DNA of 63,000 nt, filler included, from Choristocarpus tenellus KU-1152 (lineage: Eukaryota; Protista; Phaeophyceae), in the NCBI GenBank assembly GCA_964200185.2. It is 9 parts of 9 records of this genome, joined end to end, with 100 filler letters (N's around TTAATTAATTAA, not from the genome) between each part and the next. Parts side by side here need not be neighbours in the genome. Positions count along the whole stretch, not along the records: positions 11,253 to 13,807 come from CAXNAD020026816.1; positions 13,908 to 43,787 come from CAXNAD020000098.1; 7 more parts are not named here. One strand, 5' to 3'. The notes beneath the pieces are model-generated. The model had not been told where the DNA came from. It searched no databases and saw only the letters and a program-made list of their open reading frames with translations. Below, piece after piece: positions 12,100-25,800 of the stretch (the first letter of the stretch is position 1; the number at the start of each line of letters is the position of its first letter). Both the position numbers and the translations under genes were made by a program.

Positions 12100-13560
12100 G
12101 CCCATGAAGTAGAGTATCTCGATGAACCGATAATGAAATCCTGACTTCTGATGACAGGTAGTTCCAGTGGGATGGCCTTTGTCGTGGGATATGCCCCGAC
12201 ATAAGAGGCCTTAGGGTTAGCCCAAGAATGCTTTCTGGGAGAAGTTCCACTCTGTGGTGAAGCAGACTCCAAGCTCATTCTTCTGATGGACGCCAATGCT
12301 CGCACGGGAAAGGGAGGTAAGGGAGGGAAGGATCACGACGGCAGGAATTTCGGGGCATACGGACGAGATGCATTAAATAGCAATGTTGGGGGGCTGTTGA
12401 TGTTTGCAGTGATGAATGCACCTGCATTTGTCAACAACATTTCAATGTACCTTAAGGGAAAAGGCCTCATAGACCATCAAGGAGAAATATGGTATATTCG
12501 TGTTGATTACGTTTTTACGCATGGGGGTGATCACTGTCTCGGTCAGAACATAAAAGTTGTGCACTCGACTTTCAAAACGGAATCGGATCACCGTATCGTA
12601 TCGGTTGTTTTCCTCCCAATCACTTGAGGTCCCAACTAGCTAGTATGGGCGCTGAAAACTCCTCCCAACATCAGAGGCAGTGCCATCAAAAGATACAGAT
12701 GATGCACCTGCTGATGTTGACAATTATGGTGTTGAAACATCCCACGCTGGACTTGCAGCTAAGATGATCTATGGTGAGCTTCAAAAGAGGACAACGTGCA
12801 AGTTGGTGTGAATATCTATTGATGCTGCAAGGGGCTTGTGGTCTCACTTAGGCAGTTGGGGTGAGAAGGTCCAGGCCACCATGTGGGATTTGCAATGTCC
12901 ACGTGGATGACCACAAAAGAACACTGTAGCTGGATCACAGGTACCATGTGACACATGAATGGATAATTTAATAGCAGGTCCCTACAATAATTGATCCTTC
13001 GGTAGAGTGAAACTGGAAAAAAAGTGGAAATACGTAACTGGCTCTACCTTACATTATTTTCTCCACAAGCTGTATCAATAGGGTATCAGCACCACTATCT
13101 ACGAACACATGGCATCTTTCTAGTCTATTTTTCGTTGGGCACTGTATCAGAAGTCCATCCACCCCCTTCACGGAGGGTGCTGCCTACATGTTGGTGTACA
13201 AGTCACAATGCTCAACCGCATTTGTTGGAAGCCTGGGAGGAACTGGAAGAAAGTAAATGGAAAAAAATGAGCACAGACCCTCAAAATTCGACTTTTAAGA
13301 AGGCGTTGAAGAAGGCTGGCAAAACCTCGAGCAGGCGAGGGTGTCTGCCTTGCAGGAGTTTCACGACACACTTTCACCAGGAAGATGGAAGATCTCATTC
13401 ACCATGGGGACTAAGCTGGTTTCTACCGAAACCTCAAGAGAGTGCCTCTTAGCGCATCCACAATGAGTCTGGATAGCTACTCAGGGAGCAAGCATCCATC
13501 ATGGAATGGTGGAAAAGGTTCCTCACAGTGCTCCTTAATACCAATTCGGTTCATCTCAAC
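12100..13560 (+). mobile_element. Decayed non-LTR retrotransposon (LINE), apurinic-type endonuclease region
   Basis: VVGYAPT (12181), LILLMDANARTG, GAYGRDALNSN, RVDYVF, ESDHRIV follow the APE endonuclease motif order (YAP, DxNA, IDY, SDH); stops and frameshifts. Both boundaries approximate. Confidence 0.8.
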
Positions 13561-13650
13561 CCTCCCTCATAGTGCTGAAACCCTCAGTCAACAACCAACA
13601 TTCATGACTTTCGGTGCTCCACCAGTGATGATGGAAGTGGCTAAGGAATG

Positions 13651-13807
13651 AAAGTATCTTCGAGGGTATGAGTTTTGCCCTTTTTGTCCATTTATGGCTT
13701 GGCTTCCCATGGGACCTTTTATGACATTTTCTTACTCCAAAATGTTTAGGAGTCGGTAAAATGTGTATGTTGCTAAGAGGTGTGCCCGAAACATAGATCG
13801 GAGAGCG
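13651..13807 (+). mobile_element. Truncated copy of the 9443-9690 MITE at contig end
   Basis: AAAGTATCTTCGAGGGTATGAGTTTT...GTCCATTT...CCCATGGG...TATGACATTT...TACTCCAAAA aligns colinearly with 9443-9585. Confidence 0.8.
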
Positions 13808-13907
13808 NNNNNNNNNNNNNNNNNNNNNNNNNNNNNNNNNNNNNNNNNNNNTTAATTAATTAANNNNNNNNNNNNNNNNNNNNNNNNNNNNNNNNNNNNN
13901 NNNNNNN
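13808..13907. other. Artificial contig spacer
   Basis: N44-TTAATTAATTAA-N44. Confidence 0.98.
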
Positions 13908-15038
13908 GCATTGAGACGTTTGCCTGCTTAAAAAATCTAGAGATGACAAAAGGGGGTACAAGGATTTCAAATCGCACTTCTGTTCTTTGGAAATGACCTA
14001 ACCCTACACACGTGCATGAGGATTGGTTAGAAATAGTTAATTCAGTTTTATCCGTTCTTACCATTTTATAAAAAACCAAGCACGCACTTTATGGGTCTCA
14101 AACGTTTCCAATTTCCATAAACATGAAGCTCACTTCCAGTTGGTACCGTACTATTTATTTTAATAATAAAACCCCTTTTTGGTGCCCTTAGAATTTTTTA
14201 AAATTGAAGAGATGACAGAAGGGGACCTATTTTTGAAAGTGCATTCTGTTTTTGAAAACTCAAGACAGCCAAAAACGTGCGTTAGGGTTTCGACAAATGG
14301 TAAAGATATTCTAATCTTTACATCAACAAATACAGTTTCAAACCACATCGTTCATTGATACTACATGTTTGAAACGTACGAACACGAAAAGGTCACAAAA
14401 AATCATCTACACTCTATCTCTTTTCAGTATGAAATCGTATGCTGGTCGATATTCGTATTTATTATAACACAATTCTCAACGGAAAGATGAATCTGAGTTT
14501 TGAAGACAGACCGACCAGATGAAATAAAGTAGCACCTCCATCCCTCAGTCCTCATTTCAACTCATTCCCTTCCGTACATACCATTCAAAAAGGGACCCTA
14601 AAAAGGTTTTATGACATTTACAAAAGAAAACATATGGACACTTTCTGCGCACCATTTCGGTCAAACCCATCGCATCCTCCATGAAATGATCCATCCACCA
14701 TTCATTATCATGATCCGCTGTTGGTACAAGTAGTTGCATTCCAAGGAAGGGAGCTGTGATAGCTGATGTAAATTATTACACTAGTAACCTACATCACTGT
14801 TTGAATATTGCTTTCTCAACGTGTTATCTTTCTTGGGTTCATTACTCTTTTATCTCCATCCTTCCCCAAACATGATTGCTTCTTTTGTGTGACGTTTGAT
14901 GAGGAATGTTTTTTGAGCTCAATAGACATGGCAAGTTAGGACTCAAATTCTTAGCCATACCAATTAATTGCATAGTAAGCCATCTTTCTTACTCCTGTTG
15001 TGAAGAACACTCTATTTCATTGCCTTTTGTGCACATAA

Positions 15039-15186
15039 ACAGTCGATTTCAAAAATTGAGGATGGAGCTTTTCATTGAGGATGGGCTTGACCCAAAATTG
15101 ACTGGGATAAAGTGTCGATATGTTTTTTTTTGTATTGTCAATAATATTAATGAAAAGCTCCATCCTCAATTTTTGAAATCGGCTGT
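15039..15186. mobile_element. 148-bp MITE with about 38-bp TIRs and TAA target duplication (PIF/Harbinger, Tourist-like)
   Basis: ACAGTCGATTTCAAAAATTGAGGATGGAGCTTTTCATT and AATGAAAAGCTCCATCCTCAATTTTTGAAATCGGCTGT are inverted with one mismatch; TAA at 15036-15038 and 15187-15189; partial near-identical copy at about 56921-56990. Confidence 0.8.
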
Positions 15187-16128
15187 TAATAATGTCCGAA
15201 AATTGATACTTCCCCCTTCCTCACACAAAGTGACACCACAATTAGGAAAGGCTGTTTCTACAATTCTACAAATTGGCGTCTTTTTGCCCTCTCTTGGGAT
15301 CCTTAAAATGTAACGCTGTCTACCTCTCACTTGTTTTTTGGCTCTTTGTAGGTGTTAGTTTGGTCATCCACAACCTTTTCTGTTTCCTTTTTTAACTTCT
15401 TGTCTTCACTAATTTTTATTATTGCTATTATCATTGTAGTGACTAGTACTTGTATAGAAAGAGATACAACCTAAAGATTGTTACTGACATAATAATGGGA
15501 TTGGGTATGTCATCTGTATGAATTCGTAGAAGAATCACAAACCATAATAAACGATGAAAAGACTCAAAGCAAAAAAAGTCGAAGTTGAAGGACTGATGTT
15601 ACTTAGAATCAGGCAGTGAGAATGATGTTGAGTCCTACGTAACAACAGCCTAATTTGGCAAGATTTCTTTGCACCAATCGACAGTATTGGTCTCAGCTTT
15701 AATTTGATAATATTCTGATCACCGATCAGGACGCCTTGCATCAACTCGAAATTAATCAAGTAAGGCTGGTCTTATCCTCGAGGTGACTGCCAACACCACT
15801 ATTACATACAATAATGATCCATAAATAATGCGAAGGTGGTGTTGAAACCGAGGCTGCACAAAGGATTAGGGGACTAGACTTTTTTCGGGGTATCACCATG
15901 ACCGAACTTGCTTTTGGTGAGGTTTAAACAATTACATACATATATTTGACGTTGAAGTAAACAAAAAGGAAAGTTGTTTACCTGTCGGCTCTGGGCAGTA
16001 GTGTAGTGCTCTAGAACAGCTCGACAAGTTGTTTGTTCATGATGCATGATGTATGTAAGCCTACATGACAATAAAGCAGCAACATATCACTATCACCACA
16101 CTGTCCTGTTGTGCTGCGTCTACAGGTC

Positions 16129-18719
16129 ATGGGGCAGAAGCAGGCAGGTGGTAACCTGCGCTTGGTGGTGCTAGCATGTCTATCCTTCAATATCGTCTCC
16201 GGGTTTGCCCCGCATGGCTTAAGGTCGACTAAACTTGTGCCTGGAGCAGTATCATCACCACGTCTTCCTCCTTTTACACACGGGTGACGCCATTTCCGCT
16301 CAGGATCGATGCTTGGCACAGTGTGATTTGGTCTTTTTCTGATTGTCGAAATGGTTTTCCTTCTTCTTCAACATCTAGACGTCTGTTGCTTGAGAATCGC
16401 AATATTGTAGTTTGATGTTTTCACAGAGGTTAGAGTGACCCGGCAACACTTTGGTGCTCATTAGGGGATCAAGGGGTGGAGATTTGTGCTCTGTTACCAT
16501 GTGCACGGGTGACGTAGATAATTTTGAACCGATAGAAGTATTTTTGACAGTGTTTTGTCATCAGAAGGGCAAGGACAAGGGACTTCTCCGTCCCTCGTCC
16601 AAGAGTCTACCTTGGTAAACCAGAGTAGGAAGCCGGACCACTTATGGATCCATCAGCAATGACTCCTTTTTACTGTGCTGCATCAGGTCTGCATCTCTTT
16701 CCCGAACCAAGAGGAAGTCGGTGCTATTGGCGACTACTGAAGAGGTGATGGTGGAAGTGGCAGGCGCATAAATGTTTTGGAATGCGTTGGGCAATGCTGG
16801 ATGCAGGGTCGATTGCCATGCACCAGTCGATTTCTGTGGGACAGTCGCATGCGCATTATTCTGATTAAACTTTTTATATAGAGAAGCTTACAAGGTATTA
16901 AAGATTGGTTAAGAATAGTGATGAATTGAGTGCTCTACACTGCAAACCATTGACACATGGCAATGGCATCTCTAAAAGAACATATTTCACCCTAGCCTAT
17001 GACTCTGTGTAGCAGCTACACACGAAAGCACCCGATTCCATGCAATTGCCTTGCACATATGAGACGTGAGGAGGGGAATGCTGTGGATCTTTCTGGAGTT
17101 TTTGATACTATCACATAAACACTGCCAACCTATGTAATATCCAGCATCTAGAACCTAATGCCTAAATATATGCCTCTTTTTAGTATTTTCTGCATTAACC
17201 AGGCATAACTATGCAAAGTCAACACCTCAATTGAGCTATGTGCTTTTCTTCCCAGCAACAGCAGTTTTCATGTATTAAGCATGTCTTACACGGTATACAT
17301 GTATCTCTTACACAGTATACATGTATCTCTGCCACGTGCCTTGCTCGGCCATCTACACACAAGCCTTTATTACTTTAGTGCATCTTCTCTATGAACGATA
17401 AAGGAACCATTTAGGTACCATTTAGCATCCCCATTCCTTGCAGAGAAATGACACCTAATATATTTTCTTCTCAACCCTCTTGTGCTCACCTCCAAATACA
17501 TACTACCGTAGGAGATGCCACAAAAGGATAAAACTGAGGAAACCCTAGCTCTTCCTGCTCCTAAGGATAAAACTGCCCCATCAGCTGTTCTCAGTGGAGC
17601 ATCCGTACTCTCTATTGTGGGAACGGACTATGTCCTGCGGAAGGCTTTCCTCCGTGCTGGGGTGGCGTTTCCGTCCAGCCTGGCAGGAATGATGATGCTA
17701 TTTGCTGGTGAGACTCCAGAACAGTGTTGAAACAGCTCACTGTTATATAATGGAATGATTTGACCTGGGTGTACCAAAGCATACCAATTGTATACTGATT
17801 ATAAAGCACTCATACCTACACAAATTATGTTGATTTCCTAGAGTATCCTCATAGGTGAGAATGTCTTGTCTTAAGAAAGTTTGTCTTTGTACCACAGGAT
17901 TTGTTGAAGTGACTTTTACACAGGAATATTTTTTTACACAGGCTTGTGCCCATGTTACCTTACAGCCTCAGATATCTACATGTATGCATATGCTTCAACC
18001 AGATATGATTTGTTTTGAAGGTGAGGCATCGTCATCATCGTCATCAGTAGTAGTAGTAATTGAGACTATCATTTGATGTTGATATATCACATGGTTGTAT
18101 CAAGAGTGTTTGTGTAGCCACTTCATAGGCCTCAAAAAATGTTATATTTCAGTCTTGTGAGGGGGTGAAGTTGGCCTTACACATACTTCATCACCAAGTC
18201 AAATTCCATAATTTTCTATCCTTCTTCCTGACTGTTAATGTCACATCACATCGGATGCACCACATCTCACATCTCATATCTCATATCTTATATCTCATCA
18301 GATACATCACATTTCATGAATACATCACATTTCACCAGGTATACTTCATGAACACCTATGGTGTATGTTTTGTCAACAGTTTCCCACCAAATTCTCACCA
18401 TTTGTTAGATAATCCCTTCCTGACATTTGTTGGTTTTTGTAGAACCTACCAGTGATTTTGTAGTGCCCTGCTTAGGCCTTTGAAGTTATTGTTCCTCTTT
18501 TTCTTAGATGATATGACCATTAATGATAATAATATTGGTATCACCCATAAAACAGCACATCAAAGCGCATCAATATGTACTTGTACGTCACTTATACCCA
18601 CTTTCTAGGTCTTGTGGCCATGGATCAGGTATACCCCAAGAAAGCTGAAGCCACTGTTGGTGCTCTGGAGCCTGGTTCTGCTTTGCTTGCTCGGTATGGT
18701 CATTGCATGATTCTTCTTA

Positions 18720-18762
<43 letters not shown>

Positions 18763-21700
18763 GATGAAGTTCTATATATGGACTTGACACTCTTTTCATG
18801 TGGCATTTTGTACATCAGCAAACAAATAGAAATAGATAGATACTATCCTATTGTTAATGAAATGATATCGTTCTTGTGTGCATTCTATTTTTTTCTTCTT
18901 CAATGCCCGTAGTTGCTTCCTAGGTCCAATCCCTTCAAGGATGTACTGTTTCTCGACCAATTAAATCACACATCAGAGCACATTTCGTTTTAGCTTTGAA
19001 GGCAATGAGGCCTTTAGAACTAAGTTTTCTTTTTAACTTGTTTCAACAGCTACAACCGATTTTGCATCACTTTATCATTATTTATATTTACACTATTTGG
19101 CCTATACCTTGAGATTAAACGGGACTAGTTTGGATTCAATTACTGATTTTCTGGGGGTATGTTTTACTTTCTTTTTGCCACCTGAACAGCACCACTTCAT
19201 TAAATGTCATACAATGGCATACAATGTCATCAAATATCAGTAAGTGTGATACAAGTGATACAATATGTGTTCATGTCAGGTATGCTATGGCTGTTTAAAA
19301 ATTCTCCATGACACCCCTCAAATGGTTCAATGAACATTACTTTCATGTCGATCATTGCAAACTACAAGGAATAAACACCCAACCAAACAACTACCTTGCC
19401 AAATCGTTATCTAAATAATTCTCTAAATAATTGAGATACCCCTTTCCCTTGCGGCTAACTTACTCCCTTCTCTTCTGTCCTTCCTGCCCACCCTCCCAAA
19501 CTATTGATTGCTGATTATTGACTGTTGATTATTGATTATTGATTATTACCTGGGGCAAGGTGGCTGCCGGTCTTCTTTGTGCCCAGTCTTGTAGTGCTTC
19601 CCCTCTCCCCTCCTCTTTCCCCCACCACTGCAGTCAGACTGGCTGTAATTCTTGTGGCAGGGTGGGCTGTCAGTCTAATGTCCACAGCTGCTGTTGTTGC
19701 TGGACTCTCCACCCCATCATCCACCCCTCCCCCAGCTGAACCTGCTGTCCCACCAGCCCCCTTCACTAAGTCCCTCATTGCTCGACTTGGACTGGGAGGG
19801 ATAGCGGCAGGGGCAGCTGCGACGGGGATAACGACCTTCCCTAGAGTGGCTTCTAGATTGTTACTTTCCCAGGGCATTGCAGCACCTCTTAGATCTTTAT
19901 CGCTGTTGCTGCTTACACTGGGGGGTTTTGCCTTGGGCACAAAGGCGCCTCCCAAGGTGTTGCGTGCTGTACATCCGTTGATAACTTGCTCTGCTGTGGC
20001 AATGGGGGGGGTAGCGGTTCTTGCCCGAGGGGCAGGGGTGGGTTTCACAGAAGGGCTGAAGGCGTACATAACACGATCTAGGTTTGGACTGTTTACACTG
20101 GTGTTTGATTGGGGGGGGAGGTTTCTGGGTTTTGATGACTCAGAACAATTGCTACTATTATTATAGATTGATAATGATGACTCGGAACAATTATTGCTAT
20201 TATTATAGATTGATGATTACTCATAATAATTGAACTATTATTATAGATTGATGATGGGTTTTGCATGTGGGTTCCTTGTGTGTATGCTTGAGTATGGGTA
20301 GTACATGTAAGAATGTTAGCATGTGGGTGTACAGTTTTATGAGTCATTAGTAGGTTAGTACTTGGGATGATGTTGCCTTTTCTGTGTGTGTTTTGTGTGT
20401 TTTGTGTGTCATGTCATGTCATGTCATGTCATCCAATGCATCTTTGTTGGCTCGTATTAAGTAAGATTCATGTCCACCTTTCAGCATTTCCTGGACCAAT
20501 ATGATAGCTAGCTCTACCTTGTGTTGTCAATGGCTATTGCCGTTCACAAAGTTACTGATGATCTGATGATGATACCTGATGTCAAAGTTATTATTATTAC
20601 AGATGTTACTGATGATCTGATGTAGGAGATTATTATTGTTATTGATGTGATACTACTATTTTAGATAAAACTATAGTTGTTGCAGAACTTTCTATATTTC
20701 ATTATTATTTTTTATGCTAGTTGCAGTTCTCAGTTATTACCAAGCAATCCTTCCACTCGCCTTCCACTACAATTTGCTGTACAGGTGTCCAGTCCACTTG
20801 GGTGCAGGAGACATTCTTCTTGGTTTCCTTGGGCCATCGGTTCTGTCCTTTGCTGTACAGATGTACAGGTGTTTACCTACCCTAACCTTAACCCTAACCC
20901 TACAGATGTACAGGTATTTATCCTAACCTTAACTCTACCCCTTACCCTGACGTGTACATGGTCAATAATAATAATATTTAAAGTAAAGTTTGAAATCTGT
21001 TACTCATTTGTTGGAACCAAGTCTATTTCCTCTCTTTTCCTCTCTTTTCCTTTCATTTTCCTCTCACTTTATTACAAGAGACCATGACCAGCTTGGATAG
21101 TACCAACTGCTCTTCCTCCTTTCTGAAGCATAGAACTCGTGAACAGTCTAGCAGAACAGTTATTGAAAAATTTAAAGGTAATGGTTCTGAAGAATGAAGT
21201 CAAGATAATGATTCTAAAAATAATATTATGACTGCGTGTTGGTGATACCACCCCATCTAATGACCCCTCTAACCTGACGTCATACATTTTTTTTTATTGC
21301 CTTTGCCTTTTATGGGTAATGTGGTAATGTGGGTAAGTGTAAGAGTTGGTTGTACATCACATCAGACTTGGCAAGGGAAACCTGACAAATAATTTTATTT
21401 GTAGAAATATAAAAAAGAACAAGACAGTAGCTTCTTGCCATACTAGTTGTGTGCAACAGAAGACAGTGATCACCGACTGTTGTACTTTATTTGTTTTATT
21501 TGTTGAAGTGGTAATATCATTTTCTGTTTTTGAATTATAGTTGTATAATAATAATAATAATAGGGGAAACTCTTGTTTTTTGTTTGCAGGATATATATTT
21601 GTGTTACATATATGTGATAAATATATTTTCTTTTGTAGACTTCAACACTATAAGACTGTGTAACGCTATAGACTGTAAAACACAATAGATTGTAACACTA

Positions 21701-22780
21701 TGGATTGTGTAACACTATAGATTGTATAACGCTATAGATTGTATAACACTATAGGTTGTGTAACACTATAGATTGTGTAACACTATAGATTGTATAACGC
21801 TATAGATTGTGTAACACTATAGATTGTATTCTTGATTTGGGCCACAGGCGTCGTAAGCTGATGTTGGACAATTCAAAGGAAGTCATTGGTGGATCGGTAT
21901 ACTGCTCTGCCTCTGGACTGTTTGGGACTGCTCTTGCTGCCAGGTGTGCTGTTGGTTGACTCTGATTGGTTGATTGATTAATTGAGTGATATTGACACAC
22001 ATTAGTTTGGTGTACTTGGATGTGTGATCAGAAGACAACTAGAGGAGGAGGGCAGGAAGAATGAAAAGAGAGGACAGGATATGAAGGAGATGAGATGATA
22101 ACACAATCAGAAAATAATAGAAAAAGAAGTATGTAGTGGTATGTGAAAATAATGTGAAAATAGAGTTCAAGGTTGTTGGCAACACATCACATCAATATGT
22201 CAAGAAGAGGTACGTCTCAGATACAGATACACCTTTTTGGGATAGGTGATACTCCAAGATGGGAGTCGTGCCTGATATGGGTTGGTTAGCATCAGTGATG
22301 TCTTGAGGGGTGGAGATTTGGTGTATGACAGATCTTCCCAATGAAAAGATACTATTATTATTACTATTACTATTACTATTATTATTATTATTATTGTATT
22401 GGTGTTAGAGTTAACATAATTCAGATCAATTTGATATATAAGATACGTAACAGGATTGGGACTACAAAAATACATTTATATTATTCTTTTTCTCTTGATG
22501 TAACGCCTCAGAGTTTTTAGTGTGTGATAATTTACCACACTAGAAAATATAGATACATATATATATTATTTTTTATAACAGTGACCCTAACCCTATTGCA
22601 GTGAGATGTGATAAAATATTATTACTTCTACTATAGTAGAAGTGTGTATTGTTCTTGCATATTGTGAAGAATGTCTTGTACTACAGCATGTAGGTAGCAT
22701 TGGTTTCAGATAAACTAAACATGACTGTACATTTCAAACTTGTCATACTTCAAGAGAATATACATTCATGCATAGATAGC

Positions 22781-22853
<73 letters not shown>

Positions 22854-25800
22854 TGAACCTTGGACGGGTTAGCAGCTGGTTGAGGTCATGCAGCCCACCC
22901 AATGGAGTCTTGACACCTCAAACATCCACTCTTGGAGTTTTTGTGATGGTATGATTTGGGTTGGGCACTTGATGAGGGTTGCTTTGGGATTGCTTGCAAC
23001 TTCTAAATCTCAGCTGATACAAGCCTAAATTGGAGATTGATGTTGATAATTTACTATGGAGTGTTCGGCAGGTTGACACAATGATAGGTATGATAGTAGG
23101 TATGATGGTAGGTATGATAGTAGGTATGATGGTAGGTATGATAGTAGGTATGATAGTAGGTATGATAGTAGGTATGATAGTAGGTATGATAGTAGGTATG
23201 ATAGTAGGTATGATATTAGGTATGATAGTAGGTATGATAGTAGGTATGATAGTAGGTATGATGGTAGGTACCGTAGTGTTGCTGACACTCATGATGATGC
23301 GTGACAATCCTATGCTGCTTTCATCTGTTGCCTCAGAGTCATAGTACTGCCCCTTACCTTTTTTTATTTTGTTACTTGTTATTACTTGCTTGTCATAGTA
23401 CATTGAAGGTGTTTCAATACGTCCTTCAATGCACCTCTTTTGTGTACCTTTCTTTTGTCCAATTGTAGTATCTTTTGCACCCTTTCTTTTCATGCACGGT
23501 ATCATGTCCATGTACCTCAAGAGCGTTACCTACTCCTTGCAGTACTTATTGTGCTGTTGTACCTTTTAATGTCATCCTTGACTGTTGACTGTTGCACTTC
23601 AATATTCTGTTTGAAACACCATCACTGTACTTGCTGTAGGTGGAGTTGAGTTACCTTGCTGTTTTATTTATTTTAGTGCAGTGCAGTGCATTCTCACTTG
23701 CCAAGCCTAACCTTAACCCTAGCCCTCATTGTTTATTCAAAACTTGAGCACATATCCTTTGCCCCAATACAGTTCATTCATATATTTCACACATCACCCA
23801 CATAGTATTTTTTTAAAATTCAACAGTATACCACTCTTGGAGTTAGGGTATTTTTAGCAGTGACAGATTTGTCTGAGGGGTACAGCATGATTTTGCATGA
23901 AACTGTGACAACTTAGGGCACTTGAAGGATAGTTTAGATCATGTACATTCTACTCAAGTATGTATTGTTGGTACTCAGTACTCAGTACTCTTCATGGCAA
24001 ATTAATAGTAACAGTAAATATTATAGTAAGATGATAGTAAGGATCATGGCGTATCAAAATACAGCAGATTGACAGAATAATGTTTTTGGTTGTACCATTG
24101 AGAAAATGAAATAGTTTGGTTTGCATGCGCCAAAACCACTTGGGAGTTCCCATCCCATCCCCTGGTGTTTGTATTAATGCATGCTTAGTGTTTATAGACA
24201 TATAGTGCTTCACAAAGCCATATTTAGTATAGCACAGAGTTGTAGTTGGTGTCTCACAAAGGTGTTAAGTATAAATGCACCTACCTATTGTATACTCAAG
24301 TATCATCAAATATCATCCCATCCTACCAACCTGCTTGCTTTTGTTGATATTTTTTAGGTGGCTTGGTCTACCTCCTGCTCTTCGATTGACTGTACTCCCA
24401 CGGAACATCACCTCTCCCTTGGCCATGTCCATATGTGGCATGCTAGGGGCAGACGCCTCCCTGGCTGTAGCAATTGTGGTGGTCACTGGAGTCATTGGAG
24501 CCAACTTTGGGGCAGCGGTGCTGGATGCCATGGGGTATGTCCTGATGAGGGGACAATCCTGAGACGTTATATAGCACACATATATGGTACTGTTAATAAC
24601 ATGATAATATTAGGTAGTATCAGTAGAGAGTTAAAGTGTGTTTATTGTCATAGGAAGAAATATGAAAATGTTTTGGAAGTGTTTAAAGGAGGGTTTTGGT
24701 TTAGTCCGCAGTACAGTATGTGTAATTAGTTGGACTGTTTAGGGTAATTATATATATTTGCTTAGATAGCATGATTCCACATCACCAACTGATTACTTGG
24801 AAGACAGCGGAAAGGGAGAATTTTGCAAATTGTTGACAGTCTGCTTGTGAAAATGTACTTGGAACATTTGAAGTGGATACTTTTTGAAATATATGAATGA
24901 TTGGGACAAGATATTTTATTTGACATCCACTAATTTGAATTGTTATAGTTGTATCTCACGGTGGGATGGGGTCTAGTTTATGACATACCCCACTAGCTAG
25001 ACAGAGCTATTTCCTTTATCTTGCAGTTATTCCATTTCCCGGCTTTGGGTTGTGAGTTGCAGGTGGTAAGGTGCTAAAATATTATTTGCGATTCTTCCAG
25101 AAAATCTTGTGAGGACCCCAAAGATAGCTTGAGGCAAACTATCCTGGTGCTTTGAATTAAGAACACTGTTGAGTCTCCTTGGAAACTACTCAACCACTCT
25201 AGGTACTGTGTCAGTTCTATCAGTGTGCTTTCATGTTAACCATACCTTTTCACTGTCAACTCTCCACAACATTACAAAAAACGGTAGTATTTCATCCATC
25301 CCAAGGTCGTGTTATTTTGCTGTGGGTTAGGGTTATGGCCAAGAATTTATGAAATTGTACTGTTTTAAAGATAGTTTTAAAGATTGTGCGATTTTGCTGC
25401 CGGGAACTCCAACGTGAGAACTTGAAGGCACCTATCTATATATCTCTATGATGGTACAGAAACAAGTTCTGAACATAATGTTTGTTTGACACAGGGGGGT
25501 ATTTTTTAATTATTTTTCACATCAATCTGAGGGGCACTCTCTCTCTTGTCACCACGAAACTGTTTTTATGGCATGACTTCTATGGCATGACTTTTGAGTG
25601 CTCAGATACACTAGGAAGACTGGAAGTGGAACATTGGGTATAGCATTGTTGTTATTGGTGGGGCGCTTTGTGTATTACATGTACCAATCAAAGGGAATGT
25701 ACTTGCATATCATTATTGATATCATTATTGGTTATGTTTCACATATTTTGTGGGAAGTTCTTCAAAGGTTTCCACAACAGGGTAATAGTTCTATAGTTCA

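Noticed and set aside
19536-20069. 177-aa minus-strand ORF
   Set aside because: Antisense shadow of the large PLGG1-like exon; the same applies to ORFs opposite SMC2, LTN1 and PTEN-like exons.
21644-21828. Regular array resembling CRISPR
   Set aside because: Units abut with no unique spacers, no cas genes, eukaryotic intron.
22918-23520. 200-aa ORF with IIPT repeats and overlapping MIVG/YLLS ORFs
   Set aside because: Translation of a stop-free 12-bp minisatellite inside an intron.
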